Positions 30,451 to 40,021 of a stretch of 44,643 nt of DNA are shown here, one piece after another; position 1 is the first letter of the stretch, and each line of letters opens with the position of its first letter. Location of the stretch: the NCBI GenBank assembly GCA_041572575.1, contig JBFFSH010000014.1, positions 1 to 44,643 on the forward strand. Reading direction: 5' to 3'. A program made the position numbers and the translations under genes. The notes under the pieces are model-generated. The model saw nothing but the letters and a program-made list of their open reading frames with translations, searched no databases and was not told where the DNA came from. The stretch comes from Thermodesulfobacteriota bacterium. Lineage in GTDB: Bacteria; Desulfobacterota_D; UBA1144; Nemesobacterales; N074bin48.

Positions 30451-31629
30451 TTAAATATTAAATTGTAAGGGTGTTATTTTATAAATAGTAAAAAGAGATG
30501 CAAGAATTAAAAATAACCAGGATAAGTAACCCAGTGTTATGATTATTTCATTTGGTTTAAATGGAAGACTTGTTTTCTCTTTATCCCTCAATATAACAAA
30601 ACCTAATAAACATCCCGTTAGAAATCCACCTAGATGAGCAGCGTTGTCTATTATTTGGTAACCCACTATACCCATAAGCGATATAATTAATACATCAGTA
30701 ATAACAGATTTAAAGAACTCTTTAGGAAATATCTTTCTTTTATAATAAGTAATTATCAAAAGAAATCCGATACATCCCAAAATTCCCCCTGATGCCCCGA
30801 CTGATGTAGCATTAGGTAATAAAAAAAGACTAAAAATACTTCCTACTATTGCAGATAATGTGAATATAAGTCCAATAAGCGAAAAATGTGTGATTGCATT
30901 AATCAATTGTCCTATACTAAACAAAACCAATCCATTAAAAATTATGTGTAATATCCCACCATGAAGTAGTGTTGCCGTTACAACCCTAAAGTATTCCCCG
31001 TTCCAAGTTTTTTCCTTTACCAGACCCGCCAATTCAACCGAATTAGAAAGACCAAAGATGAATTGTAAAATTGCTATAAGCACTAATACAATGCAAAATG
31101 CAATAAGGGGTCTTGAAACCTTTTTCCCAATCCATCTATTGTATAAAATATCATAAGCTCTATCTTCGAAAGTTATATTATCTAGTCGTGAAAGCTCGTA
31201 CCTGCCAGATATTACAGGTATAACTCCAAATATTAAAAAAAGTAGTGGAGTAAGACTTGGTCCCTTATCTTTAAAAACGAATACGTCTATAACAGTTAAG
31301 ATGCCAAAAAATACAGTTATCTGATATCCTTCCTTTATTTTCGCTTTTAAATCATTGAATGTTTTTCTCTTTATTACATCTGAAAGAAATGAAATTGTTT
31401 CAAGTGGAATCAACTTATTTGAATATGGTGTCCAAGCTGAATAAATGTCTTTATTATTTTCAGCTGCATTGACTAATTCATCCTGTGTACATTGAATATA
31501 TGTAGATTTAGATAAAATTTTTCCTTCCATGATAGCATAACCATATTCCGACGTTTGATTATGATCTTCTAGAAAATAATATGTATCCCAAGGAGCTTCT
31601 TTCGATTCTGATGGTTTATAGATATTCAT
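30451..31629 (-). CDS. Rhomboid intramembrane serine protease with long N-terminal extension
   Basis: GEYFR, LHGG-LH-FN, GASG catalytic Ser, AHLGG catalytic His. Confidence 0.88.
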   Translation of the reverse strand: MNIYKPSESKEAPWDTYYFLEDHNQTSEYGYAIMEGKILSKSTYIQCTQDELVNAAENNKDIYSAWTPYSNKLIPLETISFLSDVIKRKTFNDLKAKIKEGYQITVFFGILTVIDVFVFKDKGPSLTPLLFLIFGVIPVISGRYELSRLDNITFEDRAYDILYNRWIGKKVSRPLIAFCIVLVLIAILQFIFGLSNSVELAGLVKEKTWNGEYFRVVTATLLHGGILHIIFNGLVLFSIGQLINAITHFSLIGLIFTLSAIVGSIFSLFLLPNATSVGASGGILGCIGFLLIITYYKRKIFPKEFFKSVITDVLIISLMGIVGYQIIDNAAHLGGFLTGCLLGFVILRDKEKTSLPFKPNEIIITLGYLSWLFLILASLFTIYKITPLQFNI

Positions 31630-31693
31630 TTTATTTATGGTGTCAGATTATACAAAAGAATATTATAAATTTTGATACTACCAAATATTTCTC

Positions 31694-31752
31694 TTGATTT
31701 TTTTCTACTGAAAGTATATTGTCTAAAAGTAAGCATTATTGATCTTTAACAA
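31694..31752 (+). promoter_or_regulatory. Putative sigma70 promoter and boxA-like element ahead of the riboswitch
   Basis: TTGATT (31694-31699), 17 nt spacer, TATTGT (31717-31722); TGATCTTTAACA at 31740-31751. Confidence 0.4.
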
Positions 31753-31759
31753 TTAAATA

Positions 31760-31943
31760 AGTTTCTGGGTTACGCATGTATTAAAAGGGAAGTCCGGTTA
31801 GAGGCCGGCGCAGCCCCGCTGCTGTAATCAGTGAAAAGTCTTTGCAGTTGCCACTGGAGGCAAAACCTCTGGGAAGGCGCAAAGAATTATCCAAAAACAA
31901 TCAAAGAACAACACTGAGAGCCAGAAGACCTGCCATAGAAACC
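31760..31943 (+). ncRNA. Cobalamin (AdoCbl, class I) riboswitch
   Basis: AAAAGGGAAGTCCGGT-AGAGGCCGGCGCAGCCCCGCTGCTGTAA core, GCCACTG...GGGAAGGC extension, B12 box GAGCCAGAAGACCTGCC, closing GTTTCT/AGAAAC stem; directly upstream of a TonB receptor. Confidence 0.95.
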
Positions 31944-32035
31944 TAAAATATTACTTATTCTTCGAGGGGAGAACAGTAAATGATTATACATAGATACATG
32001 TTGTTCCGTCTTTTCCCCAAGAGATGGGATGGCAA

Positions 32036-33910
32036 ATGAAGTTTTTCATAACATTACTAATACTATTAATTCAAACAGGATTAGTACGTGCACAGGATGC
32101 CGGCCAGGAGTTAGAACCTGTGATAGTAGAGGACACCTATCTGAGGCCGCCGCTGGATTACCCCTCCGCCTTTTCCACGGTAATAGACCTTGATGCATAT
32201 CTTGGAGAATTTAACACCGCAACAGAACTGCTAAATTTAAGTCCCGGGGTTGTTGTAAGAGATTTTGGAGGGCTTGGTCAGTTAAAGACACTATCTATCA
32301 GGGGATCGTCAAACGACCAGGTCGTTGTGCTATTGGATGGGGTGAGGCTATCAAGCCCCATTGGCGGCGGGATAGACCTGTCTACTATCCCGATCGATTA
32401 TATCGAATCAATTGAGGTAGTAAGGGGCGGCGGCTCTGCACTAGCAGGTTCTGATGCAATTGGCGGAGTAGTTAACCTCATACCAAGAAAAACAGGAGAT
32501 AAATATTTTTCCACATCTGCCACATACGGATCGTTTGATACTTTTAAGGCCAATTTGTCCGGTGCCGGAAGCTTTGGAGAACTTGGATATTTCTTCTCCT
32601 ATACTCACGCACAAAGCGAGGGAGACTTTGAGTTTGAATCAATAAACGGCTTCGATGTGAAGAGAATAAATAATGAGTTTTTATCCGAGAGCTTCTATTC
32701 AAAGCTGGACTTTGAACTAGGTGACTGGAATTTGAGCCTGTTCAATGACTTTTATTATGATGACAAGGGCATCCCGGGGTTGGGAGAGTTTCAGGAGCCA
32801 AACTCAAATCAGCAGGACATAAGAAATCTTACATCACTCAAGATAGCAAAAGATGGGTTGTTTACACCCTCACTTAATTTTGAGACGATAATTTTTAACA
32901 GATTCGATGAGCTGGAGTTTAAAAATCCTGAGCCCGTTCTTGGACTTCCGATTGATACACTCAGTCAGAACTACTCATTCGGTTTCAACACAAAATTCAC
33001 ATGGTTTGCTCCAAAAGAGCACACGATTACTTTTGCAACGGAACTTAAGGCAGATGTTCTACAGGATGACGATTTCAAAAATCCTGAAAGACTTACATTC
33101 AGTTCATACCTGGGAGATGAATTTAGTTTTTTCTATAATTTCATTACTCTCCATCCACTTGTAAGACTGGATGTATTCAAGACATTTGCTGATGAAAATG
33201 ACACTGAAGCTCAGGTCTCTCCTAAGCTTGGTCTTATGGTTTCACCATTTAACTGGATAGCTCTTAAGGCAAATGTGGGCCGGTCGTTCCGCGCCCCAAA
33301 CTTCGGCGAGCTTTTCTTCCCTGAGCAGGGGTTTATTGGCGGCAATCCTAATCTTGAGTCCGAAACCTCCATAGATTTTGATATAGGTCTCGTTGTAAAC
33401 CGCCCACGGTTCGCATTCGAGGTCAATTACTTCAAGAATAACATTGATGACCTGATATTGTTTGTTTTTGTAAGCGCCCAGAGAATAGAACCTAGAAACG
33501 TTGGCGATGTAGACCAACAGGGACTTGAGGCAAGCCTGCGAGTGAGGCCAACAGACTTTCTCGAGCTTTATTCAGCATACACACTGTTAGATGGAACACT
33601 TGACGATACCGGCACACAGCTTCCCGGTCGTCCAAAACACAAATTTGATTTCCGAGGTGATCTGGATATTAAATACGCCTCACTATTTTGGGAATCACAT
33701 TTTGTAGACGAGATTCCTCTCAGTGCTTTTCCAAACGCAAGAAGAACAGAAAACAGATACACACACGACACAGGCGCAAAATCAGGATTCAAGAGTTTTG
33801 ATTTAACATTCGAAATAAAAAATCTATTTGATAATAAAGAAGTACGAGACGCCTTTGATTTTCCGCTTCCGGGAAGATCATTTTTTGTTACGGCTTCATA
33901 CAGGTTTTAA
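32036..33910 (+). CDS. btuB: TonB-dependent vitamin B12 receptor
   Basis: Signal peptide, TonB box EPVIV, plug (SIRGS, V-LDGV, IE-IEVVRG), FRAPNF-EL, NP-L-SE, C-terminal PGR...YRF; under a cobalamin riboswitch; ATG 32036 preferred (ATG 32024 is in frame). Confidence 0.88.
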   Translation: MKFFITLLILLIQTGLVRAQDAGQELEPVIVEDTYLRPPLDYPSAFSTVIDLDAYLGEFNTATELLNLSPGVVVRDFGGLGQLKTLSIRGSSNDQVVVLLDGVRLSSPIGGGIDLSTIPIDYIESIEVVRGGGSALAGSDAIGGVVNLIPRKTGDKYFSTSATYGSFDTFKANLSGAGSFGELGYFFSYTHAQSEGDFEFESINGFDVKRINNEFLSESFYSKLDFELGDWNLSLFNDFYYDDKGIPGLGEFQEPNSNQQDIRNLTSLKIAKDGLFTPSLNFETIIFNRFDELEFKNPEPVLGLPIDTLSQNYSFGFNTKFTWFAPKEHTITFATELKADVLQDDDFKNPERLTFSSYLGDEFSFFYNFITLHPLVRLDVFKTFADENDTEAQVSPKLGLMVSPFNWIALKANVGRSFRAPNFGELFFPEQGFIGGNPNLESETSIDFDIGLVVNRPRFAFEVNYFKNNIDDLILFVFVSAQRIEPRNVGDVDQQGLEASLRVRPTDFLELYSAYTLLDGTLDDTGTQLPGRPKHKFDFRGDLDIKYASLFWESHFVDEIPLSAFPNARRTENRYTHDTGAKSGFKSFDLTFEIKNLFDNKEVRDAFDFPLPGRSFFVTASYRF

Positions 33911-33921
33911 AGGAGATATTT

Positions 33922-35463
33922 ATGAAAAATATACTATGTTTGTCATTAGCACTAATAGCATCTGTCTATTTTATAGCATGCGGCGGGAGCGATGATGAGT
34001 TTGATCCAGACAAATTCTTTGCACTTAATAACGGCCCTGTGATGATTCTAAACAGCGAACTTAATCAAAATGTCGACCCAAACACAACGGTAGTTGTAGG
34101 TGGCCTGGATGGTGCAGTTAATTCTAACGCGTTTGTATCCATCACTAACCTGGATACTACAGAGCAAAGAGTAGTAAGGGCAAATAGCAGGGGCGGTTTT
34201 ATAGCAGCACTCACGGGTTCTGTGTTTGATGAGTTCGAGATTGTTTCAGGTGGTAAGAGTATCATTGTAAACAGTCAGGTTTTTATTGATATTCCGCTCG
34301 ATACAAGAATTAAACTCATGAATGGAGCTGTAAATAGAAACCTTGCTCAGCTTGGCAGTGTACCTACAAACATAAAAATATTTAACGGCAGGGCATATGT
34401 CCTGAATGGCTTTTCCGATAACATTCAGGTTTTCGATATTACACAAAATCCACCTGTGCAAACTGGCACTATAGTATTACCTCTGGGATCGGACCCTGTA
34501 GGGATAGCGTTTTTTAATGACGAACATGCCTATGTTACAAATTTGATTTCACAGACAGTAGCAATTGTTAATATACAGGATATGACATGTGAAACTATCA
34601 TTAGTCAGGATGAAGGTAATTTCACTCCCTGTGACGAAGTTATCATTGTAGACGAAGGCACGTTTGCAAACCCTGCTGGAATTGTAATAGCTAATAATAA
34701 AGCTTATGTTGCAAATCAAAATATAGATAACTCAACATTTGCGCCCATGGGTAAAGGTTTTATCACAGTGATCGATTCTGAGACTAATGAGATAGATACA
34801 GTTATAGATGCTACAGGGGAAGGCACAAGCGGAACCGGTAAAGGAATTATGTTATTTAATGATAAAGTTTATGTAGTCAACAGTGGAAATGTACTGTTTG
34901 ATTTTGATACAGGTCTTTTTTCTTGTGATACTGAATCTCCTATCAGTATCGATGTTATAAACACTGCATCTGACACAGTTGAAGACTCTATAGAATTTCC
35001 ACTTAGTGAGATAAATCCCACTGTATGTTCTCCAGAATCAATTTCAGCATCACCTGACGGTGATTTTGCATATATAGGAAGCCAGATTTCCGGTGTGCTG
35101 TTTAAGATCAATCTAAATACAAATGACCTTATAAGAGGTTCTGGAGACCCTATAATAATAACCGATACTGAAGGATTGGATGCAACCTTTGACATTGAAT
35201 TCAGCTCAAGCGGTTACGGATTTGTGGCAATGTTTAATTCCGATACAGTATTTGTATTCGACCCTGAGATTGATGATATAAGCCCGTTTCCTTTTCTTGG
35301 AGAATTTCCTGTAGGGCTTAGAGGAGACAACCCTTCATCTGATTTTTTTGATGGGCCTCAGGTAATGGCAATAACTGATAATGGACAAAATCCTGATCTG
35401 TTTTTTATCACAGGAATTAGCGAACAGCTTGGTTCTATTAATACATCACTCTTTATACCTTAA
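33922..35463 (+). CDS. YncE/YVTN-like beta-propeller lipoprotein (BtuG-like position)
   Basis: Lipobox FIA-C followed by GGSDDEFD; repeated P-GI...AYV-N...V-VID blades; RBS AAGGAG. Confidence 0.7.
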   Translation: MKNILCLSLALIASVYFIACGGSDDEFDPDKFFALNNGPVMILNSELNQNVDPNTTVVVGGLDGAVNSNAFVSITNLDTTEQRVVRANSRGGFIAALTGSVFDEFEIVSGGKSIIVNSQVFIDIPLDTRIKLMNGAVNRNLAQLGSVPTNIKIFNGRAYVLNGFSDNIQVFDITQNPPVQTGTIVLPLGSDPVGIAFFNDEHAYVTNLISQTVAIVNIQDMTCETIISQDEGNFTPCDEVIIVDEGTFANPAGIVIANNKAYVANQNIDNSTFAPMGKGFITVIDSETNEIDTVIDATGEGTSGTGKGIMLFNDKVYVVNSGNVLFDFDTGLFSCDTESPISIDVINTASDTVEDSIEFPLSEINPTVCSPESISASPDGDFAYIGSQISGVLFKINLNTNDLIRGSGDPIIITDTEGLDATFDIEFSSSGYGFVAMFNSDTVFVFDPEIDDISPFPFLGEFPVGLRGDNPSSDFFDGPQVMAITDNGQNPDLFFITGISEQLGSINTSLFIP

Positions 35464-35533
35464 TCATGAAACAATTGCATCTAAGAGATAGATTAATTAG
35501 ACTCTCCAATATTTTTATGTGGAGGTCTAATTA

Positions 35534-36478
35534 ATGCGAATATGCTCTTTTCTTCCAAGCGCAACTGAAATACTGTATGAGCTTGGTCTTGGTGAAAACC
35601 TTACGGGTATAACACATGAGTGTGATTATCCCGAAGATGTTAGTAATAAACTACGTGTAATAAACAGCTTCTTAAAACCAGAAGAATTAAACAGTAAAGA
35701 TATAGATGATCTGGTAGCAAAGAATAAAGAAGAAGGCAAAAGTACCTACATAATAGAGTTAGAGAAATTAAAAGAAGCAAGTCCGGATATAATTATTACG
35801 CAGGGCCTTTGCGAAGTATGTGCTGTGTCTGGAAATGAAGTAGTGAATGCAGCAAAGGCACTCGGCAGCATGCCTGAAATAGTAAGTCTTGAGCCTAAAA
35901 CGGTTGGAGAAGTTCTGGACTCTTTTATCACTGTAGGTAAGGCAACTAATAAAGAAAATGAAGCTAAAGAACTTCATGACAAACTTAGCAAGAGATTAGA
36001 TACGATAAAACAAAAACTCGAGATTGAAGACGAACGCCCAAAAGTATTTGCACTCGAGTGGTTTGATCCACCCTATGTGGGCGGACACTGGGTGCCCGAG
36101 ATGGTAGAGCTTGCAGGAGGTAATCCCGTACTAGGAAGAAAAGGGAAGCCGTCACTTAAAGTCACATGGGACGATGTGCTTAAAAGTACCCCTAGATATA
36201 CAATAGTAATGCCCTGCGGTTACGACATCGATAAAAGCCTGGATGAAATGGACAGCCTTCTTTCAGTTGATCAGTGGCACAAGCTTCCATCTACCAGAAA
36301 AGGACATGCATACATCGTAGATGCTAATTCATACTTTTCACGCCCCGGGCCCAGAATAGTAACCGGCATTGAAATACTGGCTCATATATTACATCCTGAC
36401 CTTTTTGGCCCTGATTTTCCGGCTGATTCATTTATTAATTATAGAAACTACATATATCTGCAGGACTTTTTGGGTTAG
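35534..36478 (+). CDS. BtuF/TroA-fold cobalamin-binding-like protein lacking a signal peptide
   Basis: RICSFLPSATEIL, THECDYP, PD-I-TQ, GHWVPEM, FSRPGPR. Confidence 0.8.
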   Translation: MRICSFLPSATEILYELGLGENLTGITHECDYPEDVSNKLRVINSFLKPEELNSKDIDDLVAKNKEEGKSTYIIELEKLKEASPDIIITQGLCEVCAVSGNEVVNAAKALGSMPEIVSLEPKTVGEVLDSFITVGKATNKENEAKELHDKLSKRLDTIKQKLEIEDERPKVFALEWFDPPYVGGHWVPEMVELAGGNPVLGRKGKPSLKVTWDDVLKSTPRYTIVMPCGYDIDKSLDEMDSLLSVDQWHKLPSTRKGHAYIVDANSYFSRPGPRIVTGIEILAHILHPDLFGPDFPADSFINYRNYIYLQDFLG

Positions 36479-36479
36479 G

Positions 36480-37349
36480 ATGAACTATATTTTTAGACCT
36501 ATTATTTGCTTCATATTCGTATTCTTTTTTATTCCGACCACCTTTCTATATTCTGAGTCAAAATATCCCGATCGTGTGATATCACTTTCTCCAAGTATTA
36601 CAGAAATCATATATGCACTGGATGCCTGGAACAAGGTAGTTGGTGTGACAATGTACTCAGATTTCCCGCCAGAGGTTAAAGATATTCAAAATGTAGGCGG
36701 GTGGGTTAATCCCAACCTGGAAATGATTATACAACTGCAACCAGACCTTGTTATCATGCTAACCGATCAGGACAATATATTCGGTGATAAGCTGAGGTCA
36801 CTTGGACTAAGTACGCTGAGTGTAGATAGTAATCCATCAATTGCACGTATAAATGAATCTATAATCACGATAGGAAAAGCACTGGGTAAGCAAGACGAAT
36901 CCATCAGGCTCAAAGAGCAGATTGAATCCGAGGTTACAACAATAAAAGAAATATTATCCAAACAAGAGCCAAAAACTGTATTATGTGTGATTGGTAGAAA
37001 CCCCGGCACACTCGAGGACATTTATGTGGTTGGTAATACAAGCTATATAAATGAGCTTATTACTGTTAGCGGTGGAGTAAATGTAATTGAAAAGAAGAAA
37101 ACTGCATTAAAAATCTCCAAAGAGGCTATCTTTTCTTTAGATCCAGACATAATAATTGAGATAAACCATGATAAAACCGATAAAGAAAAGGAAGTTAAAC
37201 AAATATGGTCAGCGCTTTCTGAAGCAAGAGCTATTAAAAATGATCAATTGAGTGTTATATCCAGTAGTGCCATTCTTCATCCAAGCCAAAGAATTATTGC
37301 TGGTTTAAAAGAGCTTATAAATATTATTCACCCTCAACTTGCACACTGA
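36480..37349 (+). CDS. btuF: Periplasmic cobalamin-binding protein
   Basis: Signal-like N-terminus, RVISLSPSITEI-YAL, VVGV, PNLE-I-LQPDLV; ATG 36480 right after the upstream TAG. Confidence 0.78.
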   Translation: MNYIFRPIICFIFVFFFIPTTFLYSESKYPDRVISLSPSITEIIYALDAWNKVVGVTMYSDFPPEVKDIQNVGGWVNPNLEMIIQLQPDLVIMLTDQDNIFGDKLRSLGLSTLSVDSNPSIARINESIITIGKALGKQDESIRLKEQIESEVTTIKEILSKQEPKTVLCVIGRNPGTLEDIYVVGNTSYINELITVSGGVNVIEKKKTALKISKEAIFSLDPDIIIEINHDKTDKEKEVKQIWSALSEARAIKNDQLSVISSSAILHPSQRIIAGLKELINIIHPQLAH

Positions 37350-37351
37350 TT

Positions 37352-38131
37352 ATGAATGAGATAATAAAAACAAATAATATAGATTTTTCATATATGAAAA
37401 ATCCAGTTCTTAGCAATATTGAAATATCTATAAAAAGAGCAGAAATAACATATATCCTCGGTGCAAACGGAGCCGGCAAATCTACATTGTTAAAAGTTCT
37501 CTGTGGAATTCTAGATCCTGATAGCGGCTATGTTTTATATGAAGACACTGATATTAAAACTATCGGCAGAGCTGCTCTTGCAAAACAAATCGCCTACGTA
37601 TCTCAGGAAACCACTTTTGGATTTCCTTTTACGGTAAAAGAGGTAGTTCTTCTGGGAAGATCTCCCTATATTGGAAGATATGAGTTTGAAAGAGACAGTG
37701 ATTTTGAGATAGCAAAGAGTGCGATGGAACAAGTGGGTATTACTCATCTTCAGGACCGAAACATAAATAATATATCAGGCGGCGAGAGACAGCTGGTTTC
37801 ACTTGCAAGAGCCATTGCTCAGCAGCCTCAGGTGATGGTTTTAGATGAGCCGGGCACTTTTTTAGACCTAAAACATAAATCCATGATATTTTCTATAATA
37901 AAAAAGCTATGTACAGATGAAGGAATAACAATAATAGTGGCAACCCACGACATTAGCTCAATTATTAACACCCTCGGTATTTCCATACTCTTAAAAAACG
38001 GAAAGGTTTTATATTCAGGAAATTCTTCAGATGTACTTACCGAGCACAACCTCACAGAAGTTTACGATACAGATGTAAAAATACTAAGGGACAATTCCAG
38101 TCTGCTCATAACGGCTAATACCTTGAACTAA
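37352..38131 (+). CDS. btuD: ABC transporter ATP-binding subunit (cobalamin/iron-chelate)
   Basis: GANGAGKST, ISGGERQ, LDEP, THD. Confidence 0.85.
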   Translation: MNEIIKTNNIDFSYMKNPVLSNIEISIKRAEITYILGANGAGKSTLLKVLCGILDPDSGYVLYEDTDIKTIGRAALAKQIAYVSQETTFGFPFTVKEVVLLGRSPYIGRYEFERDSDFEIAKSAMEQVGITHLQDRNINNISGGERQLVSLARAIAQQPQVMVLDEPGTFLDLKHKSMIFSIIKKLCTDEGITIIVATHDISSIINTLGISILLKNGKVLYSGNSSDVLTEHNLTEVYDTDVKILRDNSSLLITANTLN

Positions 38132-38153
38132 AACTCAAAATAATAAATATTTT

Positions 38154-39173
38154 ATGATACTGAATTCTTCAGCTACACAAAAAAATAAACTAATACTTAC
38201 TTTTTTAATTTTACTGGCTCTTTGGACAGTAGTTGTACTAATTAGCATTTCATCAGGAACATTTAAGCTTGAATTATTAAGCAATTTTGACTCACTTTCC
38301 GAAATAGATAAAAAAGTGTTCTTTGGTATCAGGCTTCCTCGTATACTGCTTGCTAGCATAGCCGGCGGCACTCTGGCTGTTTGCGGAGCTGCCCTTCAGG
38401 CAATGTTTAGAAACCCTCTTGCATCACCATTTACTCTTGGAGTATCAGGAGGTGCATCTCTTGGAGCTTTAATTGCTATCAAGCTTGGTTTTGCATATAG
38501 TATTTTAGGCTTTTCACTCATTTCTGTTTTTTCTTTTATATTTTCAATACTCACTATTTTATTTGTCTACTCAGTTTCAAAAGTAAACGGTGTTGTAGCT
38601 ACGGGCAGATTACTTTTAGCCGGGGTGGTAATGAACTTTTTATTTTCTGCTTTCATTTTATTTATTCAGTTCTTTTCCAAATTCACTGAATCACTACACA
38701 CTCTAAAGTGGATTATGGGAAGCCTGGATATTATAGGATTTTCACTGGTATGGAAAACAGCCTTGCTTGCAGTGCCAGCATGTCTATTGCTTATATCAAT
38801 GACAAAGGATATGAATATATATTCCCTGGGAAACGACGTTGCCTCTTCACTTGGAGTAAACATTAAAAAAATGGAGTTGAAAATCTATTTTGCTACGTCT
38901 CTTGCTGCTGCGGCTGTAATATCAGTCACCGGACCAATAGGTTTTGTAGGGCTCTTCATTCCTCATATACTTAGAATGATAATTGGGGTTGATAATAGGG
39001 TTCTTCTCCCATGCTCATTTCTCTTGGGTGCATCATTCCTAACAATTACAGATACAATATCGAGAACAATTATCTCTCCAGTTGAAATACCCGTTGGGAT
39101 AATTACGGCTTTTATAGGAGGAATATTTTTCTTGTGGCTCTTGATTAGAAGTAAGAAAGAGGTTCTAGTCTAA
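38154..39173 (+). CDS. btuC: FecCD/BtuC family permease
   Basis: IRLPR, FRNPLASPFTLGVSGGA, GPIGFVGL-IPH, EIPVG. Confidence 0.88.
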   Translation: MILNSSATQKNKLILTFLILLALWTVVVLISISSGTFKLELLSNFDSLSEIDKKVFFGIRLPRILLASIAGGTLAVCGAALQAMFRNPLASPFTLGVSGGASLGALIAIKLGFAYSILGFSLISVFSFIFSILTILFVYSVSKVNGVVATGRLLLAGVVMNFLFSAFILFIQFFSKFTESLHTLKWIMGSLDIIGFSLVWKTALLAVPACLLLISMTKDMNIYSLGNDVASSLGVNIKKMELKIYFATSLAAAAVISVTGPIGFVGLFIPHILRMIIGVDNRVLLPCSFLLGASFLTITDTISRTIISPVEIPVGIITAFIGGIFFLWLLIRSKKEVLV

Positions 39174-39177
39174 ACTA

Positions 39178-39738
39178 CTAATCATCACAGCCATGTGAAT
39201 TCCGGTCTGCCTGGAAGGTGCCTGCTGTATTGGTTGAGCTTGTTGATAATGTGCAGCGAATTGTACCGTCTCCATACACTGAAAAATCTTTTCTTCCGGT
39301 TATGTTAAAGGCCTGCATTGAGGTTTGCCATCCAAAATCAAAATCTGTTGAGCCTGATAAAGCGGAATCATACTGAATACAATATCCGGCCTTGGAATCC
39401 AGACATTGAGCAGTTGCTCCAGTTGCCACAGCATTTTCAAAGCTGCTATCAATAAGCGTATCTAGCGGTTCGCAAGGCGTAGCGGGGCATATCAAAGAAT
39501 TAGTTGTTGTAATATTTCCTATAATATCAGTATAGTTAAATACTCCATCATTATTTAGATCCTGATTAGCATATAGTGCTTCAGCATCCCTAAGTACTTG
39601 CATAGCTTTTCTTGCATTAGCTTCGTTAGAAGAAATTCTTGCTTTAAGAAGATTTGGAATTGCTAAAGCTAATAATATTCCTATTATTGCAGCGACAACT
39701 AATAGTTCTATTAATGTAAAACCTTTCTGGTCTTTCAT
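39178..39738 (-). CDS. Type IV pilin-like protein (prepilin cleavage/methylation motif)
   Basis: MKDQKG|FTLIELLVVAAIIGILLALAIP; start at ATG 39738 after AAGGGG; 6 Cys in the globular domain. Confidence 0.85.
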   Translation of the reverse strand: MKDQKGFTLIELLVVAAIIGILLALAIPNLLKARISSNEANARKAMQVLRDAEALYANQDLNNDGVFNYTDIIGNITTTNSLICPATPCEPLDTLIDSSFENAVATGATAQCLDSKAGYCIQYDSALSGSTDFDFGWQTSMQAFNITGRKDFSVYGDGTIRCTLSTSSTNTAGTFQADRNSHGCDD

Positions 39739-40021
39739 AACTACCAACCCCCTTTTATGCTTATCAATTATCATAACATATACTGGATTTATGGTCTCTA
39801 TAGCACAAATCTTACAATATATAATACTTACGTTGTATATTAATGCATAAGTATTAGATTGTCAAATATGATTTCTCTTCTATTAATATGACTTTGGTAA
39901 TAATATCTATTACAATTTTGATAAGGAATGTGCCTTCGATACCTTATTGAATATGATAATAAATTTATAAGCTATAATCAATACAAAAGTACAATTTGCA
40001 ATCTACGTTGGGTTCAACAAA

